A stretch of DNA of 64,000 nt from Fimbriimonas sp. (GCA_031292555.1 JARLGV010000032.1:6651-70650), one strand, 5' to 3'. Shown: positions 17,899-28,054, counted from the stretch's first letter. Numbers and translations: made by a program. Notes: generated by a model from the letters alone, not told the origin.

Positions 17899-18969
17899 AT
17901 GCCTCGGGGCGAGTATTTGCAGTATGGCGGCCAAGCCGTCGTGGAAGGCGTGATGATGAGGTCACCGAGGTTCTTCTCGGTCGCATGTCGCGCGCCAGAC
18001 GGAAGTATCGTCCTTCAGGTCGAAGCCGTTCAGAAAACTTGGATCGGTCGCCAGAAATGGCTGAAACTGCCGTTCCTGCGAGGCAGCTTGGCGCTGCTCG
18101 ATTCAATGGCATTGGGATCGCGTGCCCTCAAGTTCGCATCCAACATCCAACTGGATCCCGCATACCAGCCTCCGGAGCAAGTTGATCCCAAAGGACCAGC
18201 GATCGTGGAAGCTCAGGAGCCGACGACGACTGATGTTGCCGGAGCCCCGAGTAAGCGAATCCAAGAGGGAGCGATCGTGTTGACTCTGATCGCGAGCTTT
18301 TTCATTGGAATCGCCATCTTCGTTTATCTTCCCAACCTGCTTGCCGAGTCGGCATCCCGCGCCCGAGGGCACACCGATGGAACATACATCAATGCGGTCG
18401 CCGGTCTCTTCAAGATGGTGATCTTCTTTGGGTATATCGGTGCGCTCGGACAGGTGAAAGATATCCGCGAGATATTCAAGTATCACGGCGCAGAACATAA
18501 GGCGATCAACACGCTGGAGGCGGACCAACCCTTGGACTTAGGATACTGCGTTCGACAGACTCGTCTCCATCCGCGGTGCGGCACCAGCTTTGCCATCATC
18601 GTCCTGATTATCGGCCTGGTCGCATTCACGTTTGTACCGAGGTATCCGGTGACTGGTCATCAGGGGAAGAACATTCTCCTCGATGTTACGGTTCGGGTGA
18701 TGCTTGAGATCCTAATCCTTCCCATCATTTCGGGGATCTCGTATGAGTTGCTGCGCATCGCCGGCAAGTTTCGAAACCAATCGGTCGTCAACTTTTTCTT
18801 CAAACCCGGCATCTGGAGTCAGTACCTCACGACACGAGAGCCGGACGCTGGGCAAATTGAAGTGGCACTAACTGCTCTTAAGGCCGTTATCGCAGCTGAA
18901 GAAACAGGCAAAGTTGAATCGGAAGAACCGGTGGTCATCTTGGCCGAGCCGGTGGTTGCACCCGCTTAG
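17899..18969 (+). CDS. DUF1385 family membrane protein
   Basis: YGGQAVVEGVMMR, YHGAEHK, HPRCGTSF, LTTREPD; true start ATG 17899. Confidence 0.9.
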   Translation: MPRGEYLQYGGQAVVEGVMMRSPRFFSVACRAPDGSIVLQVEAVQKTWIGRQKWLKLPFLRGSLALLDSMALGSRALKFASNIQLDPAYQPPEQVDPKGPAIVEAQEPTTTDVAGAPSKRIQEGAIVLTLIASFFIGIAIFVYLPNLLAESASRARGHTDGTYINAVAGLFKMVIFFGYIGALGQVKDIREIFKYHGAEHKAINTLEADQPLDLGYCVRQTRLHPRCGTSFAIIVLIIGLVAFTFVPRYPVTGHQGKNILLDVTVRVMLEILILPIISGISYELLRIAGKFRNQSVVNFFFKPGIWSQYLTTREPDAGQIEVALTALKAVIAAEETGKVESEEPVVILAEPVVAPA

Positions 18970-19787
18970 TCTGCAATTAGGTCTTCGCGAGCGTTTCGCT
19001 CCAGGAGATAGTCGATGAAGCGCGCTACTCCTGCTTCGTTGTTGGAAGGTACTTGGACGTCCGCGGCCGCCTTGACCTCAGCCACGGCATTTGAGACGGC
19101 GCCACCGACTCCTGCCCATTGGACCATCTCCAGGTCGTTGAGGTAGTCGCCGATCGCGGCGGTTTCTTCGCGCCTGACGCCGAGCGACTCGGCGAGCACC
19201 CGAAGCCCCATGCCCTTGTTTGCATTCGATGAGAGTATTTCGAGATACTCCGGCTCCGACTCCGTTAGGGCTGCTCTCGTACCCAGCAACTCCTCCAGTG
19301 CAGCACGGTGGACAGGGATGGCCTCCGGTTCGTCGATCAGAATGATCTTCAATATCTCCGTTTGCGTCAAGTATTCGATCGTCGCGAACTCGGGCATAAG
19401 TGTGCGGACTCGCTGCCTGTACTTCTCGAGCCAAGGAGTTTCTCGCAGCACAAATATCTGATCTCGCGTGTACGTATTGACGTGAACTCCCGCCGACTCG
19501 GCATAAGCAAGGGAAGTGGCCACCACGTCATGTGGCAAGCCTACGTAAAGGATTTCCTTTCCGTGGAGCCCCTTGACGTGACCTCCGTTGCTGCAAATCA
19601 TGGCGCCGTCTAGCCCAAGTTCCTCGGAGAATCTCGCCATGCTCGAAGCGATTCGTCCGCTTGCCAGCACAACCCGGATGCCGGATTCGCCGGCTCGCCG
19701 AATCGCTTCTACGTTTTCAGTGTGAGGAGTACGTTCGCTGGTTAGGAGAGTTCCATCGATGTCGGTGGCCAGAAGCTTCGTTCGCAT
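18966..19787 (-). CDS. Cof-type HAD-IIB hydrolase
   Basis: DIDGTLL, ASGR, NKG, IGDYLNDLEM. Confidence 0.93.
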   Translation of the reverse strand: MRTKLLATDIDGTLLTSERTPHTENVEAIRRAGESGIRVVLASGRIASSMARFSEELGLDGAMICSNGGHVKGLHGKEILYVGLPHDVVATSLAYAESAGVHVNTYTRDQIFVLRETPWLEKYRQRVRTLMPEFATIEYLTQTEILKIILIDEPEAIPVHRAALEELLGTRAALTESEPEYLEILSSNANKGMGLRVLAESLGVRREETAAIGDYLNDLEMVQWAGVGGAVSNAVAEVKAAADVQVPSNNEAGVARFIDYLLERNAREDLIAD

Positions 19788-19820
19788 GGATCAGTCAAAA
19801 GAGTACACGACAACGCTTCT

Positions 19821-20990
19821 CTAAATCCGAATCAAGACCTCCTCGCGGCTAAATAGGTACACCGCGATCCAGATCGCGATGGCGGCCAGAACGGCGCTAA
19901 CTCCAAATGTGATCGATACTGCCAGCCAATCCGTCTTGCCTAATAGCGCGTTCCGAATGTTGTTGGCCGAATTCAGGACGGGAACCGCGTTGATCCAGAG
20001 CTTGCTGCCCAGGTCCGTTAGGCCGATAACCTGGCTGAACACGGCAGGCATGATCACGATGAAATTCACGAGCGCCAAATACGTTTGTGCTTCGCGAGGG
20101 TTACGGGCGAATGTGCTGATCGCGATCAACACGCTCGCGAACATGATCACCATCGGAACTTGAAGCAGGATGATCGTTCCTGCAGCTACGCCGGTCACGC
20201 CGAACCCATTCTTGAACATCTCCTCGCTTCCGGGCAGCTTGAGCACCGATGCAAGGACCAATCCAACCACGCATGAGAAACTGCTCAAAAAGCAGACAAC
20301 GGCCAACGAGATGACCTTTCCGAGCACGATCTGATTGCGGCCCACTGGTGAGATCAGGAGTGTCTCGAGCGTGTTCTTATCCTTTTCGCCCGCAACCAGG
20401 TCGGATGCCATGCTCATTCCTCCGCTGAACGCAAAGAGGACGATCAAGTAAGGAAGGAACCCGACAATCAGTTCGCCCGCTCCCTTCTGGCCAACCTCCA
20501 CCGGCTTCGGGATCAGTTTCACATGCTCCGCGGCAGCTTCCGGGATCGATTTCGACTTGAGGGTCTCCACAAGCAGCAACTTGTTCTGCTGAGCGAGGGC
20601 TTGCTGAATTCCAGACAGCGCAATTTGGGCCATCTGCTGCTTGGGATCGTAGTACCCTTCGATCTGAATCTGCCCGTCCGCCGTCGGAGGCTTGAATGCG
20701 AGGACGAGCTTGGCTTGCTCAGCCTTGATGAGCTTCACACCCTCATCGATCGTCGGGACTGTCTTGACGGTCATCCCAGCTGTTTGGAACGTCTTCGCAA
20801 GTTCTGCCTGCTCTCCGACGAAATATACCGTTGACTTGACGGCTCCTTTTGCCGCCCCGATGATGAACCCGAACAACTGGACCATCATCAATACAAGGAA
20901 GATTGGCATCACGAAGGCGCCAAACTTCACCCGCTTATCGCGGGCCATCTCCGTGAGCTCTTTGCGAGCGACCTTCATAGCTCCGCTCAC
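19821..20990 (-). CDS. ABC-2 type permease, NatB-like
   Basis: ARKELTEMARDKR, AGEKDKNTLETLLISP, GKV; 6 TMs. Confidence 0.88.
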   Translation of the reverse strand: MSGAMKVARKELTEMARDKRVKFGAFVMPIFLVLMMVQLFGFIIGAAKGAVKSTVYFVGEQAELAKTFQTAGMTVKTVPTIDEGVKLIKAEQAKLVLAFKPPTADGQIQIEGYYDPKQQMAQIALSGIQQALAQQNKLLLVETLKSKSIPEAAAEHVKLIPKPVEVGQKGAGELIVGFLPYLIVLFAFSGGMSMASDLVAGEKDKNTLETLLISPVGRNQIVLGKVISLAVVCFLSSFSCVVGLVLASVLKLPGSEEMFKNGFGVTGVAAGTIILLQVPMVIMFASVLIAISTFARNPREAQTYLALVNFIVIMPAVFSQVIGLTDLGSKLWINAVPVLNSANNIRNALLGKTDWLAVSITFGVSAVLAAIAIWIAVYLFSREEVLIRI

Positions 20991-21754
20991 GAGTTGACCG
21001 CCTTGCTGCTGACATATCCAGCCTGGAACTTAACCAACTGCAGGAACGCACGTTCCAAATTCCTCTCTCCCGTCATTTCTCGAATCGTCTCCGGTGTTCC
21101 AGTCGCGACAATCAGGCCGTCGTGAATGACCGCCACATCGTCGCACATCCTTTCGACCTCACTCATGATGTGGGTGCTAAACACGACGGTCTTGCCTTGG
21201 TCCCGTGCCTCCTCGATGAACTCCATCACCGTCTGGCTCGTGACAACGTCCAACCCGGCAGTTGGCTCATCGAAGAACAGCACGGGAGGATCGTGAAGGA
21301 TGGTTCGAGCGATGCTTACCCTTTGCTTCTGGCCAGTACTCAGCTTGTCGCATGGCCGGTCGGCAAATTCTTGGATCTGGAGTTTGTCGATGACGTACGC
21401 AATCCTCTGGCTCAGAAGGGTGTCGTCCATGTCGTACAGAGCGCCAAAGTAACGGATGATTTCTCGTGGGGTCAGGCGGCCGTAAAGTGCTGTAGAGTTC
21501 GACATGAAGCCAATGCTTGCGCGTACCTTTTGGGCGTCTTGAACCACGTCGAGACCGTCTACCGTCGCCGTTCCGGCCGTTGGCTTGATGACGGTCGATA
21601 GCATCCGCAATACTGTCGTTTTCCCGGCCCCGTTGGCGCCGAGCAGGCCAAAGATTCTCCCGGGTTTGGCCTCTATGTCAATGCCGTCAACTGCCTTTTT
21701 TAGGCCAATCTTCGGGTCCTTGAAGTGCTTTTTGAGTCCGTTCGTCCGAACCAT
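20987..21754 (-). CDS. ABC ATP-binding protein, NatA-like
   Basis: GANGAGKTT, LSTGQKQR, FFDEPT, STH; start ATG 21754 (or GTG 21757). Confidence 0.9.
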   Translation of the reverse strand: MVRTNGLKKHFKDPKIGLKKAVDGIDIEAKPGRIFGLLGANGAGKTTVLRMLSTVIKPTAGTATVDGLDVVQDAQKVRASIGFMSNSTALYGRLTPREIIRYFGALYDMDDTLLSQRIAYVIDKLQIQEFADRPCDKLSTGQKQRVSIARTILHDPPVLFFDEPTAGLDVVTSQTVMEFIEEARDQGKTVVFSTHIMSEVERMCDDVAVIHDGLIVATGTPETIREMTGERNLERAFLQLVKFQAGYVSSKAVNS

Positions 21755-22082
21755 CACCGCATATACGGCTCGGCATTGACAAAAGGTGCAAGTTGATGCG
21801 GAAACCGGAGAGGAGTCGCTAGACCTGATCGTTCGGTTCTGCCGACCTGCGCCCGCAGAATCCGATCGATGGCGCTTTTGTGTATGTCTTCGTCCTTGCG
21901 CTAAGAACCGCACTCTCGCATAGTTAGTGCACTTTAAATCGGCCACCTGAACGAGGTTAATTTACCGTTTAAATGAAAACAAGCAATTATGCTTGCTTTT
22001 TGGCCCCCTTTTCGTGTGACAATACTCGGCAATACCGTGTCGAGAGGGGACGCGAGTAAACGAATGGAGGGTTCATATATTA

Positions 22083-22748
22083 ATGAACTTGATTAAGCTT
22101 GCATGTATCTCTGCGCTAGCTACCGCTACGGTGGCTGCAATGGGTCAGGGCCTCACAACACGAATCTTTACATACGATGGGACGCAAGGCACTAACGGTC
22201 TTGCCACATGGCAGGTAAACGGCGACGGCGTGAACGCAGCGGTATTTAGCGGCTATGTTGCCGGAAGCACCTACGGCCAAAACGGCGTCTCCGGCTCGAG
22301 TTACACGAATGCTCAATTCCTTGAGCAGACGCTGATCAACGTCAGCACCTACGTCTATATCAGCGGCAACTTCGGTGGCGTCTACAACGTCCAGGGTATC
22401 GGCACCGCTTCGGACATTACTCAAACGAATGATGTCGAAGTTCGGACCAACCGGACTCTCTCGTTCACGGCATCCGGTTTCTACGGAATCGGCGTGAACC
22501 TCGGCCACGTCGACTACGCAATTTCGCTCTTCCAGGACTATCCTTCAAACGGCGTTCAGATCGGACCGACGATTACGGGTACCGATGCCGGCTTCAATGG
22601 AAGCACTGTCTACGTCAACCCGGGCGCGAATCTTCCGGCTGACGGACGAGCAACCCTTCGACTCACTCGAACACTCAACCTGTCCCAGGCTGCAGTGGGC
22701 GGACAGACCTACACTGTCGCCGGCTTCATCGCCGTCGGCGTCAACTAA
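22083..22748 (+). CDS. Secreted beta-rich hypothetical protein (possible fimbrial or surface subunit)
   Basis: GGAGGG RBS, signal peptide, G/N/T/V-rich, strongly biased codons, own terminator. Confidence 0.8.
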   Translation: MNLIKLACISALATATVAAMGQGLTTRIFTYDGTQGTNGLATWQVNGDGVNAAVFSGYVAGSTYGQNGVSGSSYTNAQFLEQTLINVSTYVYISGNFGGVYNVQGIGTASDITQTNDVEVRTNRTLSFTASGFYGIGVNLGHVDYAISLFQDYPSNGVQIGPTITGTDAGFNGSTVYVNPGANLPADGRATLRLTRTLNLSQAAVGGQTYTVAGFIAVGVN

Positions 22749-22779
22749 ACCAACTCGCGAATTGGAGAGGTTTTGCGAT

Positions 22780-22815
22780 AATGGCGGAGGCGAATAGCCT
22801 CCGCCATTCTTGTTT
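22780..22815 (+). terminator. Intrinsic terminator
   Basis: AATGGCGGAGGC-gaata-GCCTCCGCCATT followed by CTTGTTT. Confidence 0.85.
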
Positions 22816-22915
22816 GTGCGCCCGTCAGGGCGCACTGACTTGGGGGGCGTGCCATGAACAAAGTGGCAGTCGCAGAGTCCCCTCCGCGACCGCCATTGAT
22901 AGGACAAGCAGCTTC

Positions 22916-23956
22916 CTAGTAGCTGTAGTCGCCGTTGTGGGCGTCTTCCAAGTAACGAGCGAGCAAGTCGATCGAAGCTTGGACGTCGCCGGCATCCACC
23001 GTCTCGTTGACCGTATGCACGTATCGGGCTGGGATGGATAGCGTGAACGACGGAATGCCGCCGTGAAGCCGTTGGATGCCCCCTGCGTCGGTTCCGCCGC
23101 GCGAGAGAATTTCCATCTGGTGGGGAATCTCCTTTGCCTCCGCGATTGAGCGGAAGTGCTCGACGAGTTTCGGATGGCAGATGAGCGAGCTGTCCATGAT
23201 CTTGATCGCCGTCCCCTTGCCGAGCTGGGTGATCTGGTCGGCTGGAGGCACGCCAGGAATGTCATTGGCCAAAGTGATGTCGAGTGCCACAACGACATCC
23301 GGGGCGATTGCCGAACCGGCCGCCGTTGCGCCGCGAAGGCCGATTTCTTCTTGCACGGTTGCGACCGCGTAGATATCGACCTGGTGCTTGCCAACCTGCT
23401 TGAGTGCTTCGATCATAACAAACACGGCAACGCGGTCATCCATCGCTTTGCAGCTTAGGTGGTTGCCCATCTGCATAAAGCGGCCCTCCATCGTGACCTG
23501 GTCTCCCAGTCGCACCTGCTTCTTGACGTCCTCCGCGCTGAGTCCAAGGTCGACGAAGAAGTCGTCCAGTTTCTGCCCTTGGGCCTTCTCCGCATCGCTG
23601 AGCAGATGCGCCGGTTTGGTTCCGTACATCAAAACGCCCGGCAGGCTGCCGTCCTTCGTTTGCACGCGAACGCGTTGACTGTTCATCTGGCGCGGGTCCC
23701 AACCCCCGAGAGGGTTCAGCCGGATGAATCCGTCCGAGTCGATGTACTTGACGACGAAGCCGATCTCGTCCATGTGGGCAGCGAGCATCACCTTCTTGCA
23801 GCCGTTCCCCTTCTTGACGCAGAACAGATTTCCCATCAGGTCCGTCGACACGTCGCAAATCCCCTCTAGTTCGCGACGCACGATCACTCGGAGGGCATCC
23901 TCGTAACCCGATGTTCCGTGAGCTTCTGTGAGCTCTTTCAAAAGGTCGATATTCAC
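22916..23956 (-). CDS. M42 family aminopeptidase
   Basis: AAHMDEIG, KAMDDR, VQEEIG, GGTDAG, YVHT. Confidence 0.93.
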   Translation of the reverse strand: MNIDLLKELTEAHGTSGYEDALRVIVRRELEGICDVSTDLMGNLFCVKKGNGCKKVMLAAHMDEIGFVVKYIDSDGFIRLNPLGGWDPRQMNSQRVRVQTKDGSLPGVLMYGTKPAHLLSDAEKAQGQKLDDFFVDLGLSAEDVKKQVRLGDQVTMEGRFMQMGNHLSCKAMDDRVAVFVMIEALKQVGKHQVDIYAVATVQEEIGLRGATAAGSAIAPDVVVALDITLANDIPGVPPADQITQLGKGTAIKIMDSSLICHPKLVEHFRSIAEAKEIPHQMEILSRGGTDAGGIQRLHGGIPSFTLSIPARYVHTVNETVDAGDVQASIDLLARYLEDAHNGDYSY

Positions 23957-24110
23957 GCCAGGTATATACCTGGGATTTGTTTGGCCTAACCGTGCCCCAG
24001 CAAAAATGACGGAGTTTCAGGCATAGCTCTCCCGGTTTGGTGGCAAAAAGGAACTAAGCTCGGAAGTGAGGGCGAGTGTGAAGACATCCAAAAGTGGTGC
24101 GAGGTGTCGG

Positions 24111-24290
24111 CTAGGACCCAAGCCGTCGGCGCTTGCCTAGTACGAGTGCGATCAGCACGAGCGCAACGACGAACGCCAACGAGGAACCAACGGTCCTGGA
24201 GAGGCTATCGCGGATCGCTGCAAATACAAGGATTCCCGCAACAACCAACACGGAAGGCAAGACCCATTCAAGCGGCGATCTCAATTTCAC
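24111..24290 (-). CDS. Small two-TM membrane protein (59 aa, below the ORF-track cutoff)
   Basis: GTG 24290 with upstream GAAGGG: MKLRSPLEWVLPSVLVVAGILVFAAIRDSLSRTVGSSLAFVVALVLIALVLGKRRRLGS*. Confidence 0.6.
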   Translation of the reverse strand: MKLRSPLEWVLPSVLVVAGILVFAAIRDSLSRTVGSSLAFVVALVLIALVLGKRRRLGS

Positions 24291-24451
24291 CCCTTCATTA
24301 TATGTGCGTTTCGAATGACCGCGTTCGATTGGTAATCTGATCGGGCCACCGTTCTCGAATTTTGCAGTGCTATCATACGGGTGAAGGCAGTCTGCGCCGT
24401 GCTGCAGCGGGTAGCAATGGACTCTGCACTGCTTGAGAAGCTCCCGTCGAG

Positions 24452-27400
24452 GTGAGCCAGATAATGCCGATCAGTGTGCTTCGGAGCTGCTGCCCTTGGG
24501 CGGCAAAGGTGATCCGTTTCTCCGTGATCGCCGCTTGGATCACGTTTGGTCTTCACGCGGTTTGTACCGCCCAGACCATCAGTGGAATGACGTTGTCGCC
24601 TACGAGTCTTGTGGGAGGCGATAGCTCGAAAGGATCCGTCACCCTTTCGAAACCGGCTGGAGTAGGAGGCGTCGTTGTCACGCTCTTGTCTTCCGATCCG
24701 TCCGCATCGACGCCTGGCTCGGTGGTCGTTCATGCTAAATCGCGCTCTGCAACGTTCGTCGTAAGCACCGCGCCAGTCGGCAAAACCCTCACGACGAAGA
24801 TCAAAGCAAGCGCTGGAGCATCTTCGTCAACCGCCGTTTTGACGATCAAGCAGCCGAAGCTGGTCTCTCTTCAGATAATTCCTGCCGCAACTGTTGGCGG
24901 GACGACAACTGGTGGAACCGTTTTGTTGGACGGAAACGCTCCGACGGGCGGAATCGTGGCCTACCTCACGTGTCCAGTCTCGGTTTGGGCCGGACCGTCT
25001 GCCATTGCGATACCCGCCGGCACGAAGTCAAAAGTGTTCATCTGCCCTTGGAACGTGGTCTCTGTGCGTACGGTGACCACGCTTAAGGCAAAGATCCCGG
25101 GATCGTCGGCATATTCACGTGTGACAGTCAACCCTCCGGCACTTGCCAGCCTGATTCTCAATCCTGCAGTCGATGTGGAAGGCGATGTTTCGACCGCGAC
25201 CGTCAACCTGACCGGGCCGGCTCCCAAAAACGGAATGAGGATACTGCTAACAAGTAACCAGAAATCGGTTACCGTACCATCTTCGGTGACGATCCCCTAC
25301 TTGACCACATCGGCATCTTTCTGGATCTCGACGGGATACGTATCAAAGGCGGTCGTTGCGACGATCAAAGCCAGCCTTCAGTCCAAATCGGTGATCAAGA
25401 CCCTGGCCGTGAAACCAATTGCTCTGTCCGCGTTCAATCTGTCTGTATCGAGCGTGGTCGGCGGTGAGAAGTTCACTGGATTTGCACGAATCGATGGAAC
25501 GGCTCCGCCCGGTGGGCTTGTGATTGCAGTGTCCACGTCGGCATCGATCGTGACTGCCCCGAGTTACGTTACTGTTCCATCCGGACAAAGCTCAATTCGG
25601 TTTGATCTGACGGCACAACCAGTAGCGACAAGGACCTCCTGCCGAGTGACCGCGACGTACGCAGAAGCCTCGATCGACGCCAACGTGCGCGTCGATCCGC
25701 CTTACTTGGTGAAGGTTGATCTGTCTTCGCCGACGGTGGTGTGCGGAGAACACACGACCGGCACTCTCTATTTGAACGGCCCCGCACCATCTGCTGGATT
25801 CCCGATAGCGCTAAGCAGCGATCAGACCGCCGCTCCCATAGCTTCGAGCGCTTCGGTCCCGGCGGGGTGGAGCATGGCGAACTTTAGCATCACCACGAAT
25901 CAGGTCGCTCGCCAAGTAGTAGCTACGATCGCGGCAACCGACCCAAACGGCGTGGTTCTGACCACATCTCTGACGATACTTCCGCCTCATGGTCTCTCCG
26001 CCTCGGCTTGGCCCAAATTCCAAGGAGGCTTGGCGAATGCCGGCCTCGGAACAGGATCGGGAGCGGCCGGGATACCCAAGTGGCTCTTTCACTCGATTGG
26101 ACCGGTGTCCTCTTCAATCTCCTTTGACGCCAGCGGGATCGGTTACTTCGGGACAGAGAACGGTTATATCTGTGCCGTCTCCGCCCTTGGCGGGCTGGTG
26201 TGGAGTTTTCAATCCGGCGGCGCCGTGCAGTCATGTCCCGCCATTAGCAATGGGGGCAACGTGTATGCCGGTTCGGGCGACGGCTCACTTTACGCCTTGA
26301 ACATCGGTGGTTCGCTGGCTTGGAAGGTCATTACCGGTGCCGCCATAGTCGGATCGCCATGTCTCGGCCCAGACGGGTCGATCTATATCGGTTCGATGGA
26401 CGGCGATTTGTATGCAGTGTCACCCTCTGGACATGTTCTGTGGACCTTCAAGACAGGTGGCCCAATCGAATCGTCCCCTTCCATCGATAGTGCCGGAAAC
26501 ATTTACGTCGGCTCAGACGATTCGCATCTATATTCGGTCAGTTTTGCGGGGCACCTGAATTGGACACTTGTGACCGGCGGTAAGGTGGTCTCGTCACCTC
26601 GAATCGGTGCAAGTGGCGTGATCTATGTCGGTTCCGAGGATGGTCTGCTCTACCGAGTCAACTCGAACGGAACGACTGGATGGACCTACAATACGGGATC
26701 GTTCATCGACTCAACTCCCGCGATTGCCGCCGACGGAACCGTCTATGTCGGCTCCAAAGACGGTTCATTCCGAGCAATCTCGGCGTCGGGCGCTTTGAAA
26801 TGGGCCCAAGGCGGTACCAGCCCCGTGCAGTTCTCGCCCGCCATAGGACTCGATGGGGAAGTCTACGTTGAGTTTGGGGACAACAGCTTGGCTTCACTCC
26901 TTCCTACCGGGGAGATCGCCTGGGCCATTCCTCTCAAGAGCCCATTTGGAGGATCGCCATCGCCAGCGCCTGACGGTAGCATCGCGTTCGGCTCCAACGA
27001 TGGAAACCTGTACGAAGTTGGGTCCGACGGTTCCCCGAAGTGGGCCATGCTGCTTGGCGGAGACTTTGAGTATTCACAGGTACTCGGTGCAGACGGAACC
27101 GTATACGCGGTTGCAGACGACCAGTGCCTTTACGCGATCAACGCCGACGGCACGCAAAAATGGCGGTTTGCCGCCGACAGCAATCTAGCGACAACCCCCG
27201 CCATTGGCTATGACGGCACCATCTACGTTGGATCGGCCGAAGGTGTCCTCTATGCGGTGTCTCCGGACGGCGGGGTCAAGTGGAAGTCGCGAATAGGGAT
27301 GCTAGAGAACTCGTCGCCGACGATCGTGCCGGACGGGACGATCTACATTGGCTCGCTCGACCACAAGCTCTATGCCGTAAACCCGGATGGTACAGTAAAG

Positions 27401-28000
27401 TGGACGTTCGAGACTGGCGGCCCGATCCTCTCATCTCCCGCCGTCGATTCGGCGGGGACTGTCTATATCGGATCGGACGACTGCATTCTCTACGCGATCA
27501 CGCCCGATGGCTATGAGTTGTGGTCGTATCAGACGGGAAGCGTCGTGGAGTCGTCGCCCGTTGTCGATGCCGCTCAAAATGTGTATTTCGGGTCTTACGA
27601 CGGCAACCTCTACTCCTTCAACCAGGGAGGAACGGAGAACTGGTCGTTTCAGACGAGGAACTCGGTCGCGGGGTCTCCTGCGATCGGAACCGATGGCACA
27701 GTGTATGCCTGCTCGGAGGATGGCAGCGTCTATGCGCTGGATCCTGCCATCGGCCAGTTGAAGTGGTCGTTCGCAACCGGCGGTCCTATTGATTCGTCGG
27801 TTGCCCTGGGGGCGGATGGAGTCGTCTATGTCTATTCGAACGCTGGGGTTCTGTTCGCGCTTGGAGACGGCGGGGGTAAGAAATGGTCGCTCAACGTGCC
27901 ATTCCATAGCAAAATCCATCGACCGACTTGGAATTCACTCTGCATCGGTGGAGACGGCACGCTTTACTTTGCCGGGGCAGGTTTGTGGGCGATTAGATAG
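24452..28000 (+). CDS. Large surface protein: 5 Ig-like repeats + 16 PQQ-like beta-propeller blades
   Basis: Five ~94-aa repeats (S.VGG...G.V.L...AP..G......S...P.SV.VP.G..S..F), then sixteen ~40-aa W...GG.I.SSPAI..DGT.YVGS.D..LYA units. Confidence 0.85.
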   Translation: MSQIMPISVLRSCCPWAAKVIRFSVIAAWITFGLHAVCTAQTISGMTLSPTSLVGGDSSKGSVTLSKPAGVGGVVVTLLSSDPSASTPGSVVVHAKSRSATFVVSTAPVGKTLTTKIKASAGASSSTAVLTIKQPKLVSLQIIPAATVGGTTTGGTVLLDGNAPTGGIVAYLTCPVSVWAGPSAIAIPAGTKSKVFICPWNVVSVRTVTTLKAKIPGSSAYSRVTVNPPALASLILNPAVDVEGDVSTATVNLTGPAPKNGMRILLTSNQKSVTVPSSVTIPYLTTSASFWISTGYVSKAVVATIKASLQSKSVIKTLAVKPIALSAFNLSVSSVVGGEKFTGFARIDGTAPPGGLVIAVSTSASIVTAPSYVTVPSGQSSIRFDLTAQPVATRTSCRVTATYAEASIDANVRVDPPYLVKVDLSSPTVVCGEHTTGTLYLNGPAPSAGFPIALSSDQTAAPIASSASVPAGWSMANFSITTNQVARQVVATIAATDPNGVVLTTSLTILPPHGLSASAWPKFQGGLANAGLGTGSGAAGIPKWLFHSIGPVSSSISFDASGIGYFGTENGYICAVSALGGLVWSFQSGGAVQSCPAISNGGNVYAGSGDGSLYALNIGGSLAWKVITGAAIVGSPCLGPDGSIYIGSMDGDLYAVSPSGHVLWTFKTGGPIESSPSIDSAGNIYVGSDDSHLYSVSFAGHLNWTLVTGGKVVSSPRIGASGVIYVGSEDGLLYRVNSNGTTGWTYNTGSFIDSTPAIAADGTVYVGSKDGSFRAISASGALKWAQGGTSPVQFSPAIGLDGEVYVEFGDNSLASLLPTGEIAWAIPLKSPFGGSPSPAPDGSIAFGSNDGNLYEVGSDGSPKWAMLLGGDFEYSQVLGADGTVYAVADDQCLYAINADGTQKWRFAADSNLATTPAIGYDGTIYVGSAEGVLYAVSPDGGVKWKSRIGMLENSSPTIVPDGTIYIGSLDHKLYAVNPDGTVKWTFETGGPILSSPAVDSAGTVYIGSDDCILYAITPDGYELWSYQTGSVVESSPVVDAAQNVYFGSYDGNLYSFNQGGTENWSFQTRNSVAGSPAIGTDGTVYACSEDGSVYALDPAIGQLKWSFATGGPIDSSVALGADGVVYVYSNAGVLFALGDGGGKKWSLNVPFHSKIHRPTWNSLCIGGDGTLYFAGAGLWAIR
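24578..25986 (+). repeat. Five tandem ~94-aa Ig-like protein repeats
   Basis: Repeats begin ISGMTLSP, LVSLQIIP, LASLILNP, LSAFNLSV, LVKVDLSS. Confidence 0.8.
26075..27997 (+). repeat. Sixteen ~40-aa PQQ-type propeller repeats
   Basis: Counted by the periodic Trp (PKWLF, LVWSF, LAWKV ... KKWSL). Confidence 0.85.
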
Positions 28001-28054
28001 AATTCCGATAGTTCTGGCTCTAGTCGATTATCGGGCTGGGTCGAGCGCCGAAGT

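Noticed and set aside
26075-27997. Periodic ~120-nt similarity as a CRISPR or DNA repeat
   Set aside because: Degenerate protein-level propeller repeats inside an ORF; no identical repeats or cas genes
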